A stretch of DNA of 64,000 nt, taken from positions 192,001 to 256,000 of the forward strand of contig CAVSHO010000007.1 in NCBI GenBank assembly GCA_963727825.1, in the 5' to 3' direction. Shown here piece by piece: positions 1 through 9,422 of this stretch (position 1 is the first letter of the stretch; each line of letters opens with the position of its first letter). The notes beneath the pieces are model-generated. The model was not told where the DNA came from, ran no database searches, and worked only from the letters and a program-made list of their open reading frames with translations. Origin of the DNA: Ignavibacteriota bacterium. GTDB taxonomy: Bacteria; Bacteroidota; Ignavibacteria; UBA10030. The position numbers and the translations under genes were made by a program.

Positions 1-1
1 A

Positions 2-244
2 GGCGATAAAGAGCGTATTCAGGAATTCCAAGGCATTGTCATTGGCCAGCGTGGTTCAGGGATTAATACAACGTTCACTGTTCGCAAGATGTCTGATGGT
101 GTCGGTGTAGAGCGAATTTTCCCTGTGCATTCTCCTAGCGTTGCAAAAATCGAGAAGGTGAAAGATGGCAGAGTTCGCCGCTCAAAAATTTATTATGTTC
201 GCGAATTGGCAACCAAAGCTGTTGCTCAAAAAACAAATGCCTGA
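2..244 (+). CDS. rplS: 50S ribosomal protein L19, C-terminal part (start lies outside the window)
   Basis: Frame 2 reads [45 protein letters not shown]...[13 protein letters not shown], the L19 signature. The stop overlaps the next ATG (TGATG). Confidence 0.97.
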   Translation, partial: GDKERIQEFQGIVIGQRGSGINTTFTVRKMSDGVGVERIFPVHSPSVAKIEKVKDGRVRRSKIYYVRELATKAVAQKTNA

Positions 245-1077
245 TGAAATCGCGGCTTGCAGCATCTGATGCACTGTTTCTGAAGCCGCTCCTGTTTGGA
301 TTGGATCGAATAGAATCTCCGTTTGATCTGGTCATAGACATTCCTGCAAAAAATGCAATAAAACTCAGTGAGCGTTCCGGTGGAATACGGAACGCTTTTT
401 TATCGCCCATCGATTATGCACGGCATGGCGGGGAATACCGAATAGTACCGAATATTTGCATTGCTTCTTCCAATCAGACAAACACAATTCAGCTTATTCT
501 CAAATCCAATCTGTATAACATTGAACGTATAGCAATCGATGTGCGATTTACGTCTGAAATCATTCTTGCAAAAATTATTCTATCAGAAAAGTACCAGAAC
601 CAATCAACGCATTCTAACCTCCAATTTATTCCGATGATGCCAGATGTTGATGCAATGCTAGCTAAAGCCGATGCGGCTTTAATTGTCCAAGACAATCCGC
701 ATATGATTGCTCGTGCAGATACGTTCACAATCGATCTTGTAGAAGAATGGAATGACCTGACGGGTTTGCCGTATATTCATGGATTTTGGGTTGGGCGTGA
801 AGAAGAATTGTCAAAAGTGGAAGCGCAGGCATTATTCGCGGCAAAAAATAACGGTGTTATTCTGAAATCACAAATTGCACAAAGTATAGCACAGCAGCAG
901 AATCTTTCTCTAAGTGAACTGACTAAATATCTCTCCTTGTTCTCGTATGAATTTAGTGAAAAGGAAGAAGAAAGTTTAACCGAATTTATTAATTATGCTT
1001 ACTTTCATGGCATCATCGGCGACGTTCCGCAGATACTATTCTTTGATATTGATGCACTTAATCAACCGCAGAATTGA
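244..1077 (+). CDS. mqnA: MqnA/MqnD-family (futalosine pathway chorismate dehydratase-like) protein, divergent
   Basis: PLLFGL, SPIDY and DLVEEWNDLTGLPYIHGFW motifs match MqnA-type proteins. The N-terminal YLN-type motif is not evident. Confidence 0.7.
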   Translation: MKSRLAASDALFLKPLLFGLDRIESPFDLVIDIPAKNAIKLSERSGGIRNAFLSPIDYARHGGEYRIVPNICIASSNQTNTIQLILKSNLYNIERIAIDVRFTSEIILAKIILSEKYQNQSTHSNLQFIPMMPDVDAMLAKADAALIVQDNPHMIARADTFTIDLVEEWNDLTGLPYIHGFWVGREEELSKVEAQALFAAKNNGVILKSQIAQSIAQQQNLSLSELTKYLSLFSYEFSEKEEESLTEFINYAYFHGIIGDVPQILFFDIDALNQPQN

Positions 1078-1143
1078 TTTGCTCCAAGAAGAATCTCTTT
1101 CATTGAAATTCCATCTTTTTTCCTTACATTTGAGCGAATCTGT

Positions 1144-2895
1144 ATGCTCAAATCACTGACCATCCGAAACTATGCTCTACTCGAATTCGTCGAAATCGAA
1201 TTTGAGAGCGGGTTGAACATTCTTACGGGTGAAACCGGCGCCGGCAAATCTATTATTATCGATGCATTGAGCCTAATACTCGGGGATCGAGCAAGTTCTG
1301 ATGTAGTACGTAAGGGAACCGACAAAGCCGTTGTTGAAGGTATTTTTGGAATAGCGGAAAACGGAAAAGTAAAAGCACTTCTGAAACAGAATGAGATCGA
1401 ATTGCAGGAAGATTTTATTCTTCGCCGTGAAGTTTCTATTAAAGGACAATCACGTTGCTTTATAAATGATTCGCCTGTTTCGCTTACGGTTCTAAAAGAA
1501 ATCGGTGATCATCTTGTCGATCTTCATGGCCAGCATGAGCATCAATCATTGCTTCGACCGGAGACACACATCGGCTTGCTGGATGAATTCGGAAGTTTAG
1601 ACAAATTGGTGGATGAATATCGCGAATCATACGATCGGCTAACGGTGCTTTTTACGGAATTACGTGCGCTCTCGCTTAAGGAAAAAGAATTGAGAGAAAA
1701 GCGCGACCTTTATGAATTTCAAATTAAAGAAATTGATGCTGTCGATCCGCGTGCAGGTGAAGAAAGTGATCTGGAAAACGAACTGCGCATTTTAGAAAAT
1801 TCTGAAAAACTTTTTGAAGCAACATCTCAATTATATCAGTCACTTTACGAAGGAGAACCATCCCGGCTAAGTTCGGAGAATATCGGCGGGCAGTCGGTAT
1901 ATGATTTACTACTGAAAGCGCGTAATCAACTTGAAGACCTTGCGCAGATTGATACGACTTTCGAAGATATAAAGAATGAATGCGCTTCTGCAGCGGCGAT
2001 TGTTGGCGAACTTACAAAGTTTATCCAGAACTACAATTCAAAGATTGAATTTAATCCTGAGCGGTTAGAACAAATTCGAGAACGACTCGGTCAAATTGCG
2101 CTCCTTAAGAAAAAATACGGCGGTTCAATGGATGCTGTAATTGAACGTCGCGAGAAGATTGGCAAAGAATTTACAATGGCGGAAAACTTCGAAAGTGAAA
2201 TTCGCAAATTGAATGAGTACATTGAGCTTGAACGAATAACCTGTTCTGCTGCTGCACAGCGTCTTTCAACAAAGCGGCGTGAGTTGGTAGGTAAGATTAG
2301 TAAATCGGTCTGCGCGGAGTTAGCAAAATTAGGCATTGCAAATGCACAGTTCGATGTGAAGATTGAAAATCGCGTGTTGGGAAAATTGGAGGGCAAAGCG
2401 AACAGTGCTTATGTTAAACTGGGACGCGAATTTTACGACGCAACACAAAGCGGAATTGACTTTATCGAATTTTATCTTTCGACAAATGTTGGTGAGGACT
2501 TGAAACCATTGGCTAAGGTTGCATCCGGAGGCGAAATATCGCGCATTATGCTTGCGTTGAAAACAATTCTTGCCAAAGCAGATCGTCTGCCACTGCTCGT
2601 ATTTGACGAAATTGATGTCGGCATAAGCGGAAGAATAGCTCAGGCAGTGGGCAAAAGTATGAAGAGTTTATCGCAATTTCACCAAGTCATTGCCATTACA
2701 CATTTACCGCAGATTGCCGGATTTGCAGATTGCCATTTTGCAGTAGAAAAAAGCGAATTGAAACATCGTACGTCTTCGACAATTCGTAAGTTAAAGGAAG
2801 AAGATCGCATTCAAGAAATTGCCAGATTACTCAGCGGTGAAGAAGTGACTGAGGCAAGTTTGAACGGCGCAAGAGAATTAATTGGGAAGAGATAA
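1144..2895 (+). CDS. recN: DNA repair protein RecN
   Basis: GETGAGKS Walker A, HGQHEHQ, SGGEISR signature, DEIDVG, THLPQIA. Confidence 0.97.
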   Translation: MLKSLTIRNYALLEFVEIEFESGLNILTGETGAGKSIIIDALSLILGDRASSDVVRKGTDKAVVEGIFGIAENGKVKALLKQNEIELQEDFILRREVSIKGQSRCFINDSPVSLTVLKEIGDHLVDLHGQHEHQSLLRPETHIGLLDEFGSLDKLVDEYRESYDRLTVLFTELRALSLKEKELREKRDLYEFQIKEIDAVDPRAGEESDLENELRILENSEKLFEATSQLYQSLYEGEPSRLSSENIGGQSVYDLLLKARNQLEDLAQIDTTFEDIKNECASAAAIVGELTKFIQNYNSKIEFNPERLEQIRERLGQIALLKKKYGGSMDAVIERREKIGKEFTMAENFESEIRKLNEYIELERITCSAAAQRLSTKRRELVGKISKSVCAELAKLGIANAQFDVKIENRVLGKLEGKANSAYVKLGREFYDATQSGIDFIEFYLSTNVGEDLKPLAKVASGGEISRIMLALKTILAKADRLPLLVFDEIDVGISGRIAQAVGKSMKSLSQFHQVIAITHLPQIAGFADCHFAVEKSELKHRTSSTIRKLKEEDRIQEIARLLSGEEVTEASLNGARELIGKR

Positions 2896-2922
2896 GAAAG
2901 AAAGAGGTTTAGATAATTTACC

Positions 2923-4380
2923 ATGTCATTATTTATTTATAACACATTAAGCCGAAATAAAGAAGAATTCAAACCGATCCACGAAGGGCATGTAGGCATG
3001 TATGTATGCGGACCTACCGTGTACAGCCATTCACACATTGGCCATGCAAAAAGTTATGTTTCCTTCGATGTCATTGTTCGATACTTGCGTTATCTTGGCA
3101 ACGAGGTGCGCTATATTCAAAACATCACCGACGTTGGTCATCTTACCGATGATGCTGATGAAGGTGAAGATAAACTCGTCAAACAAGCGCGTCTTGATCG
3201 CGTCCATCCAATGCAGATAGCAGAAATGTTCACACGCAGCTATTTTGAAGATATGGATAAACTTAATATTCTTCGTCCGGATATTTCTCCGCGTGCATCA
3301 GGACATATCATAGAACAAATCGAAAGGGTGAAGCAACTTCTTGCGAACGGTTTTGCATATGAAGTGAACGGATCTGTCTATTATGACGTGCAGAAGTTTA
3401 AGAAATACGGCAGACTCTCTGGACGTGTACTAGAGGAATCGGTAGAAGGAACACGTGTCGAATCGCGTTCAGAGAAAAGGCATCCGGCTGATTTTGCACT
3501 ATGGAAGAAAGCAGAAAGCGGACATATTATGCGCTGGCCGAGTCCTTGGGGCGAAGGATTCCCTGGATGGCACATCGAATGTTCAGCAATGTCGATGAAA
3601 TATCTTGGCGAAACATTCGATATTCACGGCGGCGGAATGGATAACCAATTTCCGCACCACGAATGTGAAATTGCACAGAGCGAAGGTGCAACCGGAAAGC
3701 CGTTTGTGAAATACTGGATTCATAACAACCTTGTGACGGTTAATGGGAAAAAAATGTCGAAGTCACTCGGAAATTTTGTGACGCTAAAAGATGCCTTCAA
3801 GAAATATGATCCGCTTGTAATACGGTTTTTCATATTGCAAAGCCATTATCGCAGCACATTGGATTTCAGCGACGAAGCATTGCAAGGAGCGAATACCGGT
3901 TATGATAAATTGCTGAACACAATACGCAATCTCCGTGAAGAATCAAAGAAAGCTGGATCTGAACAACGGACAAATGGAACAGAATTTGATCTTTCTTTGT
4001 ATCAAAGAAACTTTTTAAAGGCGATGGACGATGATTTCAACGCACCGCTTGCTATCGGCGTGTTATTTGATTTGGCACGTGAGACAAATCAATCGCTTAA
4101 CTCCGAACAAAAGCTTAGTATTGATGCGCTTAAACAAATTGATCAACTCTTTAGCGAGCTTGGGGGAAAAGTGCTGGGGATTATACCAGACCAACTTCGA
4201 TCTGCAAATGGTGATGTAAAAGCAGAATCCAGTCTCATGAATTTGGTCGTAAGTATACGAGCAGAAGTACGCAAGCAAAAGCTTTGGGCGTTGTCAGATA
4301 TCATTCGTGATGGTTTGAAAACTATTGGTTTTATGATCGAAGATAAGAAAGATGGCACAAACTGGCGTAAGATAAACTAA
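2923..4380 (+). CDS. cysS: Cysteine--tRNA ligase
   Basis: [20 protein letters not shown] and KMSKS motifs. Confidence 0.98.
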   Translation: MSLFIYNTLSRNKEEFKPIHEGHVGMYVCGPTVYSHSHIGHAKSYVSFDVIVRYLRYLGNEVRYIQNITDVGHLTDDADEGEDKLVKQARLDRVHPMQIAEMFTRSYFEDMDKLNILRPDISPRASGHIIEQIERVKQLLANGFAYEVNGSVYYDVQKFKKYGRLSGRVLEESVEGTRVESRSEKRHPADFALWKKAESGHIMRWPSPWGEGFPGWHIECSAMSMKYLGETFDIHGGGMDNQFPHHECEIAQSEGATGKPFVKYWIHNNLVTVNGKKMSKSLGNFVTLKDAFKKYDPLVIRFFILQSHYRSTLDFSDEALQGANTGYDKLLNTIRNLREESKKAGSEQRTNGTEFDLSLYQRNFLKAMDDDFNAPLAIGVLFDLARETNQSLNSEQKLSIDALKQIDQLFSELGGKVLGIIPDQLRSANGDVKAESSLMNLVVSIRAEVRKQKLWALSDIIRDGLKTIGFMIEDKKDGTNWRKIN

Positions 4381-4385
4381 TTTGC

Positions 4386-5913
4386 ATGATCGATTCAATT
4401 AAAATAATCGAAAACGGATTAGTTTTTACGTGGTGACAAACAAAATCGCGCTGGGAAACTCACGCTCATAATTCAGAACGGCCGTATTATCGAGATTGGC
4501 AAGCGCGCTGATGCTCTCAAGGCGACATATCCGAATGCCGAAGTTATTGATACCGCGGGAAAAATTATTTTGCCGGGATTCGTAGATGCGCATCATACGG
4601 GTGAATCGTTTATCTTGCGATATTTAACATCCGGTCAGCCGATGTCGAGATGGAATAAGACCCCGATCATCAGCCGCGCTAATGATTATTTACGCAAGGA
4701 AGCCACATTCCAGGAATTCTTAACCCTTTACCGATTGTCATATTATGCCGCGCTCAAATCCGGTGTAACAACATTGTCAGAATATGGCATCGATAATCTT
4801 GAACATTCTTTTACAGCATCACTCGAAGCAATGCAGCAAACGAATCAAAGAGGTTTTATCGGCTTGCATAATGGCGATCAGATTGAAGCGGCTCGTAAGC
4901 AGCACGAATCTTCAATTCGTTTCGCTTTTGTTATCACCGATGAAGAAAATCTTACAACTTACAATCTTCAATCAAGTATTCGTTCAGCGCGTGAACTTCA
5001 ATGGCCGGTAATATTGCATTTGGGCCAAACCCGGCAGGCATTTAATATTGTGAAGAAAAATTTCAATAAATCCATTGCCCAATTATATGCCGAATATAGA
5101 GCGATTGACTCGCCGGCGCATCTACTTCATCTCTCATGTTTTGAGGATGGAGATTTTGAAATCATTGCGAAGTCTGGTACGCCATTGGTATATTCGCCAT
5201 CGGCAATTCTTCAGAAGGGAACAGAAATCCCGCCATTCGAAGAATTACTCAAATACAAAATTATGCTCGCATTTGGTACCGATTGGGGAATTGCAAAGCC
5301 GTTAGAGAATATTCAATCCTATTGTTCTATTCTTAAAACGCTCGGTTTGCCGGATGAACGGGCGTACGATTTACTTGCTCTTCACACAAAAAATGGAGCA
5401 TATGCACTTGGGCTTGATGCGGAAATTGGAACGATTGAAACGGGAAAGAAAGCCGATCTTGTTTTCCTTAATCTATCTGAGTTTCGTATGAATTCCATCC
5501 TTGCGGATGACAATGCTGAACAAATTCTTGAGATTGTTCTTCAAGAAGCCGCCTCACAACAGGTAAGCGACGTAATGATTAATGGCGAATTTTACATCCG
5601 TGAAGGACATGCTCTCACTTATTCAGAAGAAGATTTGGCAAGGGAAGGGCAAACAATTTTCAAAAAGTTATTATCTTTCCATAAACAAAAAACATCAGGT
5701 CTGCCATTGTCAGCCCCGATACTCAAGTTCTCTGAAAAACAAAAAAAAGAAAGTAAATCTTCTGAAGAGGATATGATTGCTAAAGAAGGATTTAGAATTG
5801 TTCGAAAGGAACGAACAACGTCTGCTCCGCAAGCAAAAGGTAATGCCTCGCATGAAACGGCTAAGGAACTTCCAAAGAATGTTAAGAAAATATTTGGTGA
5901 CGACGAAGAATAG
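4386..5913 (+). CDS. Amidohydrolase-superfamily protein (SsnA/MtaD-like), with an apparent +1 frameshift near 4430
   Basis: ATG at 4386 (MIDSIKIIENGLVFT) joins in another frame to ...IIQNGRIIEIG...DTAGKIILPGFVDAHHT...GTD...GAYALGL...GTIETGKKADLV. Confidence 0.75.
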
Positions 5914-5938
5914 TTTAGTTTATGAAAAGGAGAATCAA

Positions 5939-6719
5939 GTGAAAAAATCGAGTTTAATTCTGATTGTGAATCTTTTAATGATAGTGACAGTAGAAACGGC
6001 ATTAGCGCAAAGCTATGCAGGCGACGGAGCAACTATTGAACCGACAATGCTGATTGATAAACCGACAGCCGGTTTGCTAAAAAGAGGATCGTATTCTGTT
6101 TCTTCGAACTTCTTTCAAGACGGCGGCGTGTTGGTGGGGATTTCGGTGGGAGTTTTTGAACCGTTTACATTTGGAATTTCGTATGGCGGCACAGATATTA
6201 TAGGTCAGAATAAAATTAATATGAATCCAATGCCCGGAATAAACGCAAAACTGCGTCTTGTGAGTGAGAGTTCAACCATGCCAGCGCTCGCCATCGGTTT
6301 TGATTCTCAAGGCAAAGAACCATATCTCAATGCCGATACATTAAAACGCTATACAATCAAATCGCCCGGAGTGTATTTAGCCGCCAGTAAGAATTACGAA
6401 TTCCTTGGCAATCTCAGTTTGCATGGCGGATTGAATAAATCCATGGAAACAAATGATGGCGATAAGGATCTTAATGCGTACGTAGGTGCAGAGAAATCAA
6501 TAGGCAGAGATATCTCAATTATGCTTGATACGATTTTGCGAAAAATGATAATAATAATTATGCACTTGGCAAAGGAAACGGGTACCTCAATTTTGGTTTC
6601 AGATGGACATGTGCAAAAGGATTAGTTGTCGGCTTCAATTTAAAAATATCACAAAGAACCAAAACAACGTGGACCTTGGAAATCGCACACTCCAGATTGA
6701 TTACATAGGAAATTTTTAA
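5939..6719 (+). CDS. Secreted/outer-membrane beta-barrel protein (YjbH-like), frameshifted near 6530 and 6645-6660
   Basis: GTG start after AGGAG, signal peptide, PALAIGFDSQG. The corrected C-terminus ends ...RTLQIDYIGNF with a terminal Phe. Confidence 0.6.
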
Positions 6720-6857
6720 TCCTCTATCATAATAATATCTTGTTATTTAAATTTTAACTTATAAATCTGTCAGAAAATCTATTACTTAAATGTACAGGGC
6801 TGTGAACAGTAGCGTTTAGATTTGTAGACATATAAGAATTTGGGCTATAATTTAAAT

Positions 6858-6900
6858 GCCTGAATATAGCGAAAACTCGCCGAATTCAGGCTTTTTGTTT
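6858..6900 (+). terminator. Rho-independent terminator-like hairpin
   Basis: GCCTGAAT...ATTCAGGC stem followed by a T-run. Confidence 0.55.
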
Positions 6901-6914
6901 TTTTATCGCTGGCA

Positions 6915-6942
6915 AGAAACTTGAGCACTATTTAAGCGTCAA
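6915..6942 (+). promoter_or_regulatory. Putative ECF-sigma promoter
   Basis: AGAAAC-N16-CGTCAA just upstream of the 6947/6959 start. Same architecture as the site at 16507. Confidence 0.5.
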
Positions 6943-6946
6943 ACAA

Positions 6947-7834
6947 ATGAGGTCAATCATGAAAACAATGATTTTATATTTCAAACTTCTTCTGTCGTTT
7001 GGACTAATGGCGATTTTCTTCCAAGGATGCTACACGCAATTTGTTCCAACGCGAGATGAAGATTTATCATATCGACAGGAACAACAATCTGCTGTTCAAA
7101 ATGATTCTTCATATTACGGTGAAGATAATGATAATTGGCAATCACACCAATGTCTCGGATTCTCTTATTATTATCCCGGCTGGAATTCATATTGGTCATG
7201 GGATTATGGATGTGTATACCCGTCGTATTGGGATCCATGGTACTGGGGTCCTGCATTCTATATTGGTTATTCCTATTATCCTCATTATTGGGGTTACAGG
7301 AGTTATTATTCAGGGTACGGTTATGGCTATCCTCGATCGTTTGTGACGCGCAATTTTGGCTATCAGAGAAGTGGAAATAGTAGACTAACTGGTACCACAA
7401 GATCTGGATATGCTGGAATAGGAACCACGTACAATGGTCGAGTTGAAACTAGCCAGGGAGGCGTTAGCCTTCCTCGCGCAGCTGGAAGTGCAGCCACTCA
7501 AAGTGGAAGTGCCGTAACAACAAGAACTTCGCGTAATTCTTCGAGGAGCGTCTCAACAAGCCGCCAAAGAGGCAATTGGTATAATCTGAGCGTTCAGCAA
7601 CCGCGTCATCGGGATCAAAGCACTATGACAACGAGCAGAAGATCTAGAACCGGCAGCTCGCACGGTCGTGTATATTCTCGAAGTCAAGGATCAAGTAACG
7701 GGCAATCTAGATCAAGTGGACGAAGTTATTCACCGCAATCATCAACTCGGACAAGTTCTTCTTCAAGCGCACCAGCATCAAGAAACGATGGCGGTAGTGG
7801 TCATCAAAGTGGTGGTTCGGGTAGATCACGCTGA
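6947..7834 (+). CDS. Putative lipoprotein with a Y/W/G-rich segment and an S/R/G-rich disordered tail
   Basis: Lipobox-like FFQGC and low-complexity composition. Lies directly upstream of a FadL-like porin. Confidence 0.7.
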   Translation: MRSIMKTMILYFKLLLSFGLMAIFFQGCYTQFVPTRDEDLSYRQEQQSAVQNDSSYYGEDNDNWQSHQCLGFSYYYPGWNSYWSWDYGCVYPSYWDPWYWGPAFYIGYSYYPHYWGYRSYYSGYGYGYPRSFVTRNFGYQRSGNSRLTGTTRSGYAGIGTTYNGRVETSQGGVSLPRAAGSAATQSGSAVTTRTSRNSSRSVSTSRQRGNWYNLSVQQPRHRDQSTMTTSRRSRTGSSHGRVYSRSQGSSNGQSRSSGRSYSPQSSTRTSSSSSAPASRNDGGSGHQSGGSGRSR

Positions 7835-7857
7835 TAATTATATATCAAAACATTAGG

Positions 7858-9324
7858 ATGGGACATACGATGAAAATGATTCAGAAGATATTTGTCTTAG
7901 TTGTCGTTTTAACTTTAAGTTTGCAGGCACTTCAAGCACAATACGCTGAAGATGCACTACGCTATTCACAACTTGGGTTGGGAGTTGGTGCACGCGAACT
8001 TGGGATGGGTAACGCGACCGTTGGCGGTGTTAATGATTATTCGGCCCTTTTCTGGAATCCTGCAGGTTTAGCACTTGAACGTGATAATGAATTTTCTATT
8101 GGACTTTCAAACCTTGGATATTCAAATGATGTGTCATATTTAGGCACAAAAACTACCTCGAATAGTAATGTTTTAAATCTCAATAATCTTGGTATTGTTT
8201 ATGCAGTTCCGACTACACGGGGCAGCTTAACATTTGCCTTTGGATTCAATAGGGCGGCAGATTACACAACAACAGCTTCGATGAATGCATTTAATCCTTC
8301 TAGTTCTTTTTCTCAGTCAACATATTTACTCAATCAACCGTTAGACAACAATATTCCTTATCAATTATACTTAGCGAATATGGATACTTTGACCGGAAAA
8401 CTATCCTCGATTATGAAGGGCAATGTGCAACAAACTATAAATGTTTTAGAAGGAGGTGGATTAAACCACTGGACTTTTGGTGGCGCAATGGATGTTGGTC
8501 CAAATCTCTCTATCGGTGTATCACTCAATTTTGCTTCTGGCTCATATTCGTATGATCAAACGGTAAATGAAAACGATATATTGAATTTGTATACGACATA
8601 TCCAAACGATTTTAGCCAATTCACTTACGAGAATACAATTAATGATGATATCAGCGGATTCAATGCACTCTTAGGATTGATGTACAGAAATCCTGGAAAA
8701 TATTCAATTGGTATTGCTATGCGAACAGCTACTATTTATGATATACATGAAACGTATTCAGAATCTGCATCAAGTCAATTCAAAACGCCAGATGCTTCCG
8801 GTAATTATTCATATTTTTATCCTGTGACAGCAAATTCAACAAATTATAAAGTAACAACACCTTATGTACTTAGCGGTGGAATATCAATTCAGCCGCTTGA
8901 ATGGCTTTTATTAGCAGGAGATGCAGAGTATACAGATTGGACACAGATGGAGTTCAATGACAATGCAGCTTTTAGTGAGGAAAATTCCCGTATCAAGAAT
9001 CAAATGAGAGCAACAACAAATCTTCGCGGAGGAGGAGAGGTTTCGCTCTTTAATATAGGGCTAAAACTGCGCGCCGGAATTATTTATAATCCATCTCCGT
9101 GGAAAGGGGACCCAAGTAGTCGAGACCAGTTGTATTATACTGCAGGAATCGGATATTCGCTTGATGAGCGGACCGTTCTCAACGCTGCGTATGCATACGG
9201 GACATGGAAAACCTTACGGACAAATTATTCGTATATAGATGGATCAGGCGTGACTCAATATGTCGGAACCGATGAAACGGTTACCACCAGTAATTTTAAT
9301 CTGACGTTGTCCTACTATTTTTAG
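7858..9324 (+). CDS. OmpP1/FadL-family outer membrane transporter
   Basis: Signal peptide, GARELGMGNA, ALFWNPAGL, C-terminal aromatic residue (LSYYF). Confidence 0.85.
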   Translation: MGHTMKMIQKIFVLVVVLTLSLQALQAQYAEDALRYSQLGLGVGARELGMGNATVGGVNDYSALFWNPAGLALERDNEFSIGLSNLGYSNDVSYLGTKTTSNSNVLNLNNLGIVYAVPTTRGSLTFAFGFNRAADYTTTASMNAFNPSSSFSQSTYLLNQPLDNNIPYQLYLANMDTLTGKLSSIMKGNVQQTINVLEGGGLNHWTFGGAMDVGPNLSIGVSLNFASGSYSYDQTVNENDILNLYTTYPNDFSQFTYENTINDDISGFNALLGLMYRNPGKYSIGIAMRTATIYDIHETYSESASSQFKTPDASGNYSYFYPVTANSTNYKVTTPYVLSGGISIQPLEWLLLAGDAEYTDWTQMEFNDNAAFSEENSRIKNQMRATTNLRGGGEVSLFNIGLKLRAGIIYNPSPWKGDPSSRDQLYYTAGIGYSLDERTVLNAAYAYGTWKTLRTNYSYIDGSGVTQYVGTDETVTTSNFNLTLSYYF

Positions 9325-9360
9325 TTTAGTTGCACTGCTTTTCAAGTTTGATTACATTAT

Positions 9361-9402
9361 TCCGTCTCGATTGATATGAACAATCGGGACGGATTTTTTT
9401 TT
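9361..9402 (+). terminator. Terminator built on a GTCCCGATTG..CAATCGGGAC-type repeat
   Basis: TCCGTCTCGATTG-N7-CAATCGGGACGGA followed by a T-run. Confidence 0.7.
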
Positions 9403-9422
9403 GTACACTTAAAAGGTCGTTT

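Noticed and set aside
6910-6925. Sigma-54 promoter TGGCAA-N5-TTGA
   Set aside because: The -12 element is GA rather than GC, and the overlapping ECF-type motif fits better. Not fully excluded.
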